Below, one piece after another: positions 9,468 to 17,947 of a stretch of DNA of 20,000 bases; the stretch's first letter is position 1; every line of letters starts with the position of its first letter. Position numbers and translations under genes: made by a program. The stretch lies in sequence record SRR31156797_961; one strand, 5' to 3'. The notes below the pieces were generated by a model. That model was not told the origin of the DNA. It did not search any database and worked only from the letters and a program-made list of their open reading frames with translations.

Positions 9468-9839
9468 CTATATGTGTTGATCCACCAGAATGGGATTCCC
9501 ATCCGGGTCAACAACAATAAAACTTGCAGGGCCGGTGGTTTTTTCATCGGCTTCGCTTTCAAATTTAACGCCCTGTTCTTTTATTTTTTTCTGAATTTCC
9601 CGTACATCATCAAAACCTTCAACCGTATTGGCATCCTGATCCCATCCCGGATTGAAGGTCAGGATGTTTCCTTCGAACATGCCCTGGAAAAGTCCGACCA
9701 GTGCATCCCCGTTTTTCATGATCACATAGTTTTGGGTGATGTCTCCACCAAAAATTTCAAAACCCAGTTTTTCGTAAAATGTTTTCGATTTGTGAATGTC
9801 TTTCACATTCAGGCTTACAGAAAAGGCTCCTAGTTTCAT
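9468..9839 (-). CDS. VOC family protein
   Basis: SLNVKDIHKSKTFYEKLGF and SFIVVDPDGNPILVDQH. Confidence 0.92.
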   Translation of the reverse strand: MKLGAFSVSLNVKDIHKSKTFYEKLGFEIFGGDITQNYVIMKNGDALVGLFQGMFEGNILTFNPGWDQDANTVEGFDDVREIQKKIKEQGVKFESEADEKTTGPASFIVVDPDGNPILVDQHI

Positions 9840-9887
9840 ATTTGAATATATTTTAGATTGCTAATTTTCTAGCTTATTTATTCGTGT

Positions 9888-10667
9888 TTATTCCCCCGGA
9901 AAATCCGGCTTTCGTTTTTCGTGGAAGGCTTTTCTGCCTTCAAAATAATCCTTGCTCGTAAATGCCTTAAGACGCAGTTCTTCGATGAACTCAAATGTAG
10001 AAGTGCTTAAGGCTTTGGATTGGGCTATGGCGTTGATTTGTTTTTTGGCCACCGTAACGCTTACCGGGGAATTTTTACTGATCGACGTTGCAAGTTCCCG
10101 CGTAAACGATTCAATTTCTGTGGCTTCAACGAGGTGGTTGAGTGCACCCATCCTCGATGCTTTTTCAGCGGAAATGGGTTTGGCTGTAAAAAACATTTCC
10201 TTGGCCGTTTGAAACCCAAATACCCTGATCACGTGCAAGATGCCTGAAGAATTATAAGCTACTCCCAATTTTGCCGGGGTGATGGCAAAAGTGGTTTTTT
10301 TTGTTCCGATGATAATATCACAAACTGTTGCCAGATCGCAGGCTCCGCCCCAGATGCTGCCTTCTGCCATGGCGATTACCGGTGCCGGAAAATTGGTGAT
10401 GGCACGGAGTGTTTGTTCAAAAGGGTGGGTATAGGTTAAGGGGTCTTTGCCATCTTCGGGCAATTCATCAATGGCCATCCCTGCCGACCACACTTTTGCT
10501 CCGGGATTGGCTCTGATGATCACAACCCGGGCTTTTCCCATTTCAAAATATTTGAGCGCTTCTATAACTTCATTCAGCATTTGTTTGGTCAACGGGTTTC
10601 GGCGCTCATCGTTGTCGAAAGTGATGATTCCGATGTTGTTTTCCAGCGCATGTTTGGTTTGCTTCAT
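9888..10667 (-). CDS. scpB: Methylmalonyl-CoA decarboxylase-like protein (crotonase superfamily)
   Basis: Resembles E. coli ScpB along its length as I recall it: KVWSAG..I.ELP.DGKDPL, EGSIWGGA, TPAKLGVAYN, DYFEGRKAFHEKRKPDF. Confidence 0.75.
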   Translation of the reverse strand: MKQTKHALENNIGIITFDNDERRNPLTKQMLNEVIEALKYFEMGKARVVIIRANPGAKVWSAGMAIDELPEDGKDPLTYTHPFEQTLRAITNFPAPVIAMAEGSIWGGACDLATVCDIIIGTKKTTFAITPAKLGVAYNSSGILHVIRVFGFQTAKEMFFTAKPISAEKASRMGALNHLVEATEIESFTRELATSISKNSPVSVTVAKKQINAIAQSKALSTSTFEFIEELRLKAFTSKDYFEGRKAFHEKRKPDFPGE

Positions 10668-10795
10668 ATATGTGGATTTGATGCGTTAAAAATAGCATAA
10701 ATATGGCACAGCATATAGAGTAACATGATTTCGAAATATGGATTTGAATAACATATTGAAATCATACATGCTACAAGGAAAAAATTGGCTATTGA

Positions 10796-11731
10796 TCAGG
10801 CATCAGCCTGTTTTTTTCTGTGTTTTTTGGGGGTGTATTGATCCGGATTCCCGGTCCTTATGGCATGTCCTGTAGGCTTGATCTGCTTGCCAATTTCCCG
10901 GGCATACACCTGCGTGATTTCTGCACCCAACAAAAGGATCATCGTTGAGAAATAAACCCATACCAGGATCACCACCACTGAACCGGCTGCGCCATAGGCT
11001 GTAGTTACAGTGCTGTTCCCGATGATCATTCCGATAACGAATTTACTGCCAACAAAAAGTAAGGCAGTAATCACTGTACCTGGCAATACATCCTTCCATC
11101 GGATACTTGCATCTGGTAATACCTTGAATATTACAGCAAAAACAACGGATAAAAGGCCGAACGACAGCAGGAAATTAATAAGCCATACTACGTTGGTTGA
11201 GAACCCAATTTCACTTTTGGTGATAAAACTGGAAAAAGCAGCAATAATCGGATCGAATGTTAGCGATATGGCCAGCAAAATTCCGAGGCCGATTACAATT
11301 ACAAATGAAATGCCTCTGTCCTTGAGAATTTTCAACCATTCTCTTTTGGGTTTCGGTTTTACATGCCATATATTGTTGAGTGCTCTTTGCAGCAGTGTAA
11401 ACACAGTAGTAGATGCAATGATCAGGGTGACGATACTGATAATTGTTGCAATAATTCCACTTTCGCTGAGTGTGGCGTTTTTTACAATTTTTTGAACCTG
11501 TTCGGCACTCTCGTGTCCTATGAATGACTCAACATGACTGGCAAGTTCGCCTGTGATGGCTTCTTCTCCAAACAGGTTTCCGGAGGTGTTAATGATGAGC
11601 ACAAGAATAGCCGGTAGTGCAAAAATGGTAAAAAAAGCAATGGAACTGGCATAGATCATCGGATCGCTGGCACCAAATTCTTTGAAGAGGTTCTTAAGCA
11701 GGCCAAAAAAAAATTTGAGTTTACGTGTCAT
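10796..11731 (-). CDS. YihY/virulence factor BrkB family membrane protein
   Basis: ASSIAFFTIFALP, LQRALNNIW, FKVLPD, AYGAAGSVVVILVWVYFS, LLGAE. Likely start is ATG 11731 (MTRKLK); the ORF extends to 11791. Confidence 0.92.
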   Translation of the reverse strand: MTRKLKFFFGLLKNLFKEFGASDPMIYASSIAFFTIFALPAILVLIINTSGNLFGEEAITGELASHVESFIGHESAEQVQKIVKNATLSESGIIATIISIVTLIIASTTVFTLLQRALNNIWHVKPKPKREWLKILKDRGISFVIVIGLGILLAISLTFDPIIAAFSSFITKSEIGFSTNVVWLINFLLSFGLLSVVFAVIFKVLPDASIRWKDVLPGTVITALLFVGSKFVIGMIIGNSTVTTAYGAAGSVVVILVWVYFSTMILLLGAEITQVYAREIGKQIKPTGHAIRTGNPDQYTPKKHRKKQADA

Positions 11732-11942
11732 GTGTACTATAATTAACGATTGGCATATTTTAATGTTTAATACCTTTCCTGCTTTATTCATACATTAAAT
11801 CTTGTTGATTTTACAAATAACTCCTGCTTCATCATTTTATCATGGCATTGAAAAAAACTACTTTTGATGAGTTAAGATGAACCCTTTACAGGGAAAATCG
11901 ATCACTTTACTGATTCGTCTGCTGTTCTCAATAATAAATTGA

Positions 11943-11950
11943 TACTTTTG
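11943..11950 (+). promoter_or_regulatory. Bacteroidota -7 element (TACTTTTG)
   Basis: Exact TAnnTTTG 18 nt upstream of GTG 11969. Confidence 0.45.
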
Positions 11951-11968
11951 AGTTGTAATTCCAGGGTT

Positions 11969-13123
11969 GTGAAAAAATTAAACGTATACAGATATTTGCT
12001 GTTTTTGTTAATGCTTTTTGGTGTAACAGCCTGCGAGGATGAATTCAGGCCGGAGCTCGACAAATATGATGACCTGCTGGTTGTTGATGGATTGTTAACC
12101 AACGGAGATGATCCGTTGTATGTTAAATTGTCTGTTGCCAGTTCAGTTTATGAAAACACCTATATTCCACTGCCAGGTGCCGAAATCCATCTCACCGATC
12201 AAAATCAGGAAGTGGTTTTGCTTACCGAATCTGAACCGGGGACCTATGTAGCAGCTGATTTAATGTTCAGAGGCATACCCGGAAACACCTATCAATTGCA
12301 CATTACCCTGCCGGATGGGCGAAAGTATATTTCAGAAGAAAGCTTGCTCAGGCCTTCCATTCCCATCGATTCGGTGATCGCTATCCCTGAAAACCCGGAA
12401 CTGGGAGAGACTGAGCATGATCTCCCCGGCGTACAGTTTTATGTGGAAAATCATGGCCCCAGTTCCGATACGCTCTTTTATTTATGGCGGTTGAGCCAGA
12501 CCTATAAGTACCGCTCAAGCTTTGATATTGATTACATTTGGGTGGGTGAATATGTTCCGTACCCTGACCCTGACTCCCTCCGCACATGCTGGATCACCGA
12601 AAATGTAAGGCAGTTGTTTTTTGCATCCACCGAATATGTTGATCCTTCTGCTGTAAACCGATTCCCTCTTCACTTTATCAACACAGCCGAGAAAACCCTG
12701 AGCATTCGATACAGCCTGCTGGTTAAGCAACTAAACGTGGAAGAAAGGGTTTATCATTTTTTCAATGCCATCGAGGAACAAAATATTGAACAGGGAGATT
12801 TGTGGTCGCAACAGCCCATACAAATTCGCGGAAACATATATAGGGTAGATAATGTACAGGAACCGGTACTGGGATATTTCATCGTGGCCGGCGAAACCCA
12901 AAAACGCATTTTCATCGATCAGCCTGATTTGCCTTTTTATTATACTGAGTGCACACCCGAATTCGACCTGCGGTGGGTTCCCTTTGAGCCGCCTGCCAAC
13001 TGGCCCATTTACTTTGATGATATTATGTTTCTGGGTTTGGCATTTGCCAGCCAGAAGTCCTGTTTCGATTGTCGTTTGAGTGGAGGGGAAATTACTCCTC
13101 CCGGGTTCTGGGTGAGTAAATGA
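11969..13123 (+). CDS. DUF4249 family lipoprotein
   Basis: Lipobox GVTA-C followed by EDEF, LLVVDGLLT, YSLLVKQ, IRGNI, EPVLGYF, C-terminal CFDCR. Probable start is GTG 11969. Confidence 0.85.
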   Translation: MKKLNVYRYLLFLLMLFGVTACEDEFRPELDKYDDLLVVDGLLTNGDDPLYVKLSVASSVYENTYIPLPGAEIHLTDQNQEVVLLTESEPGTYVAADLMFRGIPGNTYQLHITLPDGRKYISEESLLRPSIPIDSVIAIPENPELGETEHDLPGVQFYVENHGPSSDTLFYLWRLSQTYKYRSSFDIDYIWVGEYVPYPDPDSLRTCWITENVRQLFFASTEYVDPSAVNRFPLHFINTAEKTLSIRYSLLVKQLNVEERVYHFFNAIEEQNIEQGDLWSQQPIQIRGNIYRVDNVQEPVLGYFIVAGETQKRIFIDQPDLPFYYTECTPEFDLRWVPFEPPANWPIYFDDIMFLGLAFASQKSCFDCRLSGGEITPPGFWVSK

Positions 13124-13485
13124 TGGCTATATCGGTTGGAGATCAATGCATATAACGAAAGCTCACAATCAAAACTGACTGGGATATTTGCATCAGCATT
13201 AAGCCTGTTAGGATTGCATTTTTTGCTTCATCTTCAGAGATCCCTTTTGACAACAACATCAAATGCCTGCGCTATTTTTTTATGATTTACATTTCGTTAA
13301 CAAAAGAAAAAGATAAAATTTTTCTTCCGTGGATGGAGCTTATACTTAGCACATATCTGGTAAGCAATTGAAAATATTAAAGTTAGATGCAGCTTTTAAA
13401 AATGGCCTCCCGGGATCATATGCATGTATAATTGATGTTTATCAATAAAAAATTGTTAAATGAAAAATCTACCTTCTTTTATATC

Positions 13486-13493
13486 TACATTTG
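13486..13493 (+). promoter_or_regulatory. Bacteroidota -7 element (TACATTTG) of the DUF1573 gene
   Basis: Exact TAnnTTTG 33 nt upstream of ATG 13527. Confidence 0.6.
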
Positions 13494-13526
13494 TCCATCA
13501 ACAAATATTAATTAATCATTGTAAAG

Positions 13527-14087
13527 ATGAACAAAACAATTTTAACAATTCTCCTGTTTTGTTTTGTTGCTTTTTCCGCCGGTGCCCAGGTAGGAAATAA
13601 GCAAACTACCACCGATACTAAAAAAACTTCGGTGGAACAAAGCAAAATACAAAAAGAGAAATTGGCCAAACAGCGGGCGGCGGAGGCCAGTCAGGTCAAT
13701 CCGCAGGTAAACAATCCAAATGCACCTGTTATCAAGTTTGATAAGATGGAGCATGATTATGGAACACTTGCTTATGAGGCTGATGGTAACTGTGAGTTTA
13801 AATTCACCAACGAAGGTAAAGAGCCATTAATTCTTACCAACGTTAAGGCGAGTTGAGGCTGCACTATTCCAGCATGGCCAAGGGAGCCTGTATTACCTGG
13901 TAAATCTGAGGTTATAGTCGTCAGATACAATACCAAAAAGGTAGGAACAATAAACAAAAGAATAACAGTATATTCAAATGCAACTGAATCTCCAATTGTA
14001 TTGAGGATTAAAGGAAAAGTTGTGAAAGCCCCTGCTAATACTATACCTGAAAATGGTAGCAGTGGAGCACCTGTAAAGAAAAGATAA
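13527..14087 (+). CDS. DUF1573 domain exported protein with in-frame TGA (13854-13856) at a conserved Cys; candidate selenoprotein, 186 aa
   Basis: Read-through translation: ...FKFTNEGKEPLILTNVKAS-[TGA]-GCTIPAWPREPVLPGKSEVIVVRYNTKKVGTINKRITVYSNATESPIVLRIKGKVVKAPANTIPENGSSGAPVKKR-TAA. This matches the DUF1573 pattern F.F.N.G..PL.I..V..SCGCT.P.W...PI.PG. Signal peptide at the N-terminus. Confidence 0.85.
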
Positions 14088-14102
14088 GTAATAAACCATT
14101 TT

Positions 14103-14144
14103 AAAAAAAAAAGCCGGGATTACCAATAATCCCGGCTTTTTTTT
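14103..14144. terminator. Bidirectional intrinsic terminator
   Basis: A10-GCCGGGATTA-ccaa-TAATCCCGGC-T8, starting 15 nt after TAA 14087, between the convergent DUF1573 and yfcC genes. Confidence 0.93.
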
Positions 14145-14359
14145 GCCTTTGGTTGATTGGAAGAATGGAATGACAAGAGGATGGTATGGCGGGTAAAATA
14201 AATTTAAATGATCACCATAAACCATGCTTCTATTATTAGATTTTATTGATGTCTGATTCCTTGCTTTGCATCTTCAAGGTTAAAGTTTGGATTAGAAATT
14301 TTTGATATGGGCATCTTAAACAAATTTATGCCAATCCCGGAGGGTACAACCCTCTATCT

Positions 14360-15961
14360 TTAAAACCCGCTTAACTCCATCATCACCGTTGGGATAAGCA
14401 AAAGGAAACCAAGCAATACAAGTACAATCATAAAGGGAGTGATCCACCGCACCCACTTGTCGTAGGGGATTTTGGCCACGCCCAGCACACCTATTAAAAC
14501 TCCTGATGTTGGCGTGATCATGTTGGTGAACCCATCGCCAAACTGGAAAGCCATCACTGTGGCCTGCCGCGAAACACCAATCAAATCACTAAACTGCGAC
14601 ATGATGGGCATGGTGAGTGCTGCCTTGGCCGAGCCCGATGGGATAACCACATTGATGATGGTCTGAAAAACATACATCATTCCCACCGAGGCAATTTCAC
14701 CCATGTTGTCCATTGATTCTGAGATTGAATACAGGATGGTGTCGATGATGCGGCCGTTTTTCAGGATGATGATGATGCCACCGGCAAGGCCCACTACCAT
14801 TGCCGCTGATAATATATCTTTTACACCATCCAGGAACATGCTTGTGATTTTATTGGCCGAATTGTTCATGGCTACCCCCGAAGCAATGCCCATAGCAAAA
14901 AACAGTGTGGCAATTTCCATTACATACCAGCCATAGCCCATCACGCCTACAATCAGGTAAAGGATGGTAAACATCAACAGGTTGAGTACAAAAAAGTGGG
15001 CCGATTTTCTGAGAGACATGATTCCGGTGATCAGAAATACAACTGTGAGGATAGGAATAACCGGAAATGTAGCAGATGAATTACCTACCGTCAAAGTAGT
15101 TTGCGGCAGGATCACCGAGTAGATGATCATGGCGGCAAGAATAAAGAAAAAGGTAAACCATGCTGATTTTGGCCTATGATATTTGATGTTTTCAATGTTC
15201 TCGGTATCCCCTTTTTTACGCCAGTATTCATCATCATTGTAAACCACCGAGGCTTTGGGGTTCTTTTTGATTTTGGCAGCGTATCGCAAAATCCAGCCAA
15301 TGCCAATCACATTAATCACGATCCAGCAAAAGAAGCGGTATTCGATGCCCGAAAACAGGGGCAGATCGGATAGGCCCTGTGCAATACCAATGGTAAATGG
15401 ATTGAGTAATGCTCCGGCAAAGCCCAGGCCTGCAGCCACAAAGCACATCGAAACGCCTACAATCGAGTCGTAGCCCATGGTGATGGCCAGCGGCACAAAA
15501 ATGATGATGAAGGCGATGGTTTCCTCGCTCATCCCAAAAATGGCTCCGAAGGCGCTAAACATCAGCATGATGAGCGTAATCACCATGTTGTTCACCCCAA
15601 CGGATTTGATCAGTTTGTTGTGTTCCAGTTTTTGGGTAAACTTTAGGAATGAATAAATGCCGACGTCAATTGCCCGGCTGCTGTTCATGATCCAGAAAGC
15701 ACCGCCGATGAGCAGGATGAAAACGATGATATCGGCTTTGTCCACAAACCCGTCAAAAATGGCTGAGAAAATCTGCCAGGTTTGAGGCTCGCTTTCAGTA
15801 TATTCAAACGATTCACTTTTGATGATCTCGCGTTCTGTTTCGCCAACCATTACTGTGGTCCTTTCAAACTCGCCCCCGGGTACAAACCAGGTGAGCATAG
15901 CTGCCAGAACGATGATGGCAAAAACGATAACGTAGGTGTGTGGTATTTGTCTTTTCTTCAT
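14360..15961 (-). CDS. yfcC: YfcC family transporter (C4-dicarboxylate anaerobic carrier / basic amino acid antiporter-like)
   Basis: IPHTYVI, LTWFVPGGEF, FGMSEETIAF, NPFTIGIAQ, PSGSAKAALTMPIM, AFQFGDGFTNMITPTSGV; many hydrophobic segments. Confidence 0.9.
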   Translation of the reverse strand: MKKRQIPHTYVIVFAIIVLAAMLTWFVPGGEFERTTVMVGETEREIIKSESFEYTESEPQTWQIFSAIFDGFVDKADIIVFILLIGGAFWIMNSSRAIDVGIYSFLKFTQKLEHNKLIKSVGVNNMVITLIMLMFSAFGAIFGMSEETIAFIIIFVPLAITMGYDSIVGVSMCFVAAGLGFAGALLNPFTIGIAQGLSDLPLFSGIEYRFFCWIVINVIGIGWILRYAAKIKKNPKASVVYNDDEYWRKKGDTENIENIKYHRPKSAWFTFFFILAAMIIYSVILPQTTLTVGNSSATFPVIPILTVVFLITGIMSLRKSAHFFVLNLLMFTILYLIVGVMGYGWYVMEIATLFFAMGIASGVAMNNSANKITSMFLDGVKDILSAAMVVGLAGGIIIILKNGRIIDTILYSISESMDNMGEIASVGMMYVFQTIINVVIPSGSAKAALTMPIMSQFSDLIGVSRQATVMAFQFGDGFTNMITPTSGVLIGVLGVAKIPYDKWVRWITPFMIVLVLLGFLLLIPTVMMELSGF

Positions 15962-16035
15962 GCTGTGGAGTTTCTGATTTTGGGTACAAAAAAAGTGAAT
16001 TTTTTGGGTAGAATGATTTTGAATTGCATGATTTG

Positions 16036-16141
16036 GCGAAGTGGCGACGAAGGCGAATGAAGCGAACGAAGCGAAGGGGAGACTTAAGCGAACGAAGTGA
16101 ACTTGGCGAGCGAAACGAAGGGGGCGAGTGAGTTGAGCGGG
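16036..16141. repeat. Degenerate tandem repeat, about 12 units of about 9 nt, consensus GCGAACGAA
   Basis: gcgaagtg gcgacgaag gcgaatgaa gcgaacgaa gcgaagggg agacttaa gcgaacgaa gtgaacttg gcgagcgaa acgaagggg gcgagtgag ttgagcggg. Confidence 0.75.
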
Positions 16142-16278
16142 ATGGGGTGGTTGTGATTGGTGGTTTTAACCAGTGGGAAAAAGTAAATCCTGCGGTTACG
16201 ATCGCAGGATTAACATTAATTGTGCGATTTGGATCGCAAACTATACAGAAACAAGTTAAATGGGTTAAAAGTAAATGA

Positions 16279-17466
16279 TCACTCCCCAACCCTGCATTTC
16301 AAAATCCGCAAGGGAAATTCCGCGCCTTTTTTCAGCGCCAGGGTATATATAAATCCATCCTTAAATTTGAAATGTCCCATGTTGGATAGCAGGTCGTAGC
16401 CATCGATCTTAAATTCGGAGCTGCCCAGCGATGTTCCATCCAGCGCGTAGGCCTGAAAAGCATAATCCTGGTTTTCGTTATTGGTATAAATAAATAGTAA
16501 TGCATTGTTTTGTTCGTCCAATATCATATTGTAGAAATAGGGGAGGTGCTCAGGGAAAAATCCTTCAACTTTCACAAATTCGGCACTTGCTGTATCCGAT
16601 CCTTTGCTTTTGAGCCTTTCCTTAAAATTTTGATAGTATTCATTTTTTACTTCCTCGGTGATTTGTCCGGGTTCAATCTCCAGGTTAAATCCTGATTCCT
16701 GGTATTTGCCGTTAACACGCGAAAAAATTTGAATATTGCCACTTTGGTGGTTGGCTACCACCATCTTGTCGTGGCTGGTTATTCTTATGGTTTTTTTTCT
16801 GTGCGAATAAGCTGTCATCATGATTGTTTCGCCCCATTTGGTTTCCATGGTAATATAATCCGGTTGATCGTAGTGTTCGATTTTTTCAAAAAAGACATTG
16901 TATTTTTCACTTGTAAAATCCAGTTCGGCCAATACATCCTTTGACTTTCTTCCCGACATGGGAACGTGGCCCCAAATGATCAGATTCCCTGAGCTAAGCG
17001 GGAAAATATCTTTTGGCATAAAATCGATGCGTATCACCTTGACGAAGTTGCCATCCAGGTCGAAAAAGTTGATTCTTCCGGTATTATCGCTTACCACAAG
17101 GAGTTCATTTTTGAGAAGTCCATGAAAATCCTGGTTATTGATAAATTCACCATCCTTGTAGCCTTTCTTACCAAAAGTTTTTAAGAGTTTTCCTGTATTA
17201 TCCAGAATGCTAATTGTAAAATTACTCCGATCTGAAATATATATACGTTCATCAGGGCCAATGGCTACCTGTTTGTCGAGGCCGGCTTTTTCAGCGGCAT
17301 TCGTTTTGGATGGGTCATAGAAAAGCGATTCCCAGTCTGCATTGGGCAAATACGATGTTTCCGGAATGAGTTGAATCGTTTTTGCATTGTAGTTAACTGA
17401 TTGTGTAAATGCTGTTGACAACATCAGAAATAATAAAATTGTTAATCCGGTTCTTGAGGTTTTCAT
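16279..17466 (-). CDS. Exported 6-bladed (NHL-like) beta-propeller protein
   Basis: Signal peptide; IYISDRSNFTISILDNTGKLLKTFGKKG..DGEF; INFFDLDGNFVK. Confidence 0.8.
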   Translation of the reverse strand: MKTSRTGLTILLFLMLSTAFTQSVNYNAKTIQLIPETSYLPNADWESLFYDPSKTNAAEKAGLDKQVAIGPDERIYISDRSNFTISILDNTGKLLKTFGKKGYKDGEFINNQDFHGLLKNELLVVSDNTGRINFFDLDGNFVKVIRIDFMPKDIFPLSSGNLIIWGHVPMSGRKSKDVLAELDFTSEKYNVFFEKIEHYDQPDYITMETKWGETIMMTAYSHRKKTIRITSHDKMVVANHQSGNIQIFSRVNGKYQESGFNLEIEPGQITEEVKNEYYQNFKERLKSKGSDTASAEFVKVEGFFPEHLPYFYNMILDEQNNALLFIYTNNENQDYAFQAYALDGTSLGSSEFKIDGYDLLSNMGHFKFKDGFIYTLALKKGAEFPLRILKCRVGE

Positions 17467-17485
17467 TTCTGTATTTATTTAATAA

Positions 17486-17947
17486 TTATTCATCTAAGTT
17501 CACGTAGGTGTAAACCAATTCCCGCCTGTTCCAGCAGCGATTTGGGCTGATGTAATAATCCAGTTGGCTGCAATATTCAGGTTCTTCAGTTTTTTGAACG
17601 GAAGTATTTTCGGCGGTCTGCATGATTTCAGGCTTCTGATCTGTACGATTGAAAAAAGCGATTGAAGCTGCAATCAGAATCAGGATGGCTGCGGCAACCT
17701 TCCACCATCGCCGTATAAACAGATTTCGCTTATTACCGGGTTGTGGCAATGAATTGAGGTCGGGAATTTCAACCGCACCAGCCGGATCAAGGGAGCCAAT
17801 GGCCTCCAGTGTATCCCGGCGCTTTGCAAGTACTTCTTCCAGTCTGCGTTTTAAATCCGGCTCTTGAAAGAGCTTTTCTTCGAATGCTTTTCTTTCTTCA
17901 TTCGAAAGTTCGTTGTCTAAGTATTTTAAAATGTCCTGTTCATGCAT
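17486..17947 (-). CDS. Membrane-anchored anti-sigma factor (153 aa)
   Basis: ILKYLDNELSNEERKAFEEKL anti-sigma domain and TM segment WWKVAAAILILIAAS. ATG 17947 overlaps the sigma stop (ATGCATGA). Confidence 0.85.
   Translation of the reverse strand: MHEQDILKYLDNELSNEERKAFEEKLFQEPDLKRRLEEVLAKRRDTLEAIGSLDPAGAVEIPDLNSLPQPGNKRNLFIRRWWKVAAAILILIAASIAFFNRTDQKPEIMQTAENTSVQKTEEPEYCSQLDYYISPNRCWNRRELVYTYVNLDE

Noticed and set aside
9453-9468. Functional antisense pairing of the convergent VOC genes (14-nt gap, no terminator)
   Set aside because: Tight convergent spacing is common and nothing else supports a regulatory role.
13143-13259. 38-aa minus-strand ORF (MLLSKGISEDEAKNAILTGL...) faintly like the SufB/SufD C-terminal helix
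   Set aside because: Too short, preceded by in-frame stops, and the similarity could be chance.
13527-13856. 109-aa ORF as a complete gene, or genome-wide UGA reassignment
   Set aside because: The stop falls inside the conserved motif and homology continues past it. Five other genes here end naturally in TGA and Trp is encoded by TGG, so genetic codes 4 and 25 are unlikely.
16036-16141. CRISPR array, or the 141-aa ORF 15864..16289
   Set aside because: Units are 9 nt with no spacers and there are no cas genes. The ORF is a low-complexity reading of the repeat and overlaps yfcC out of frame.
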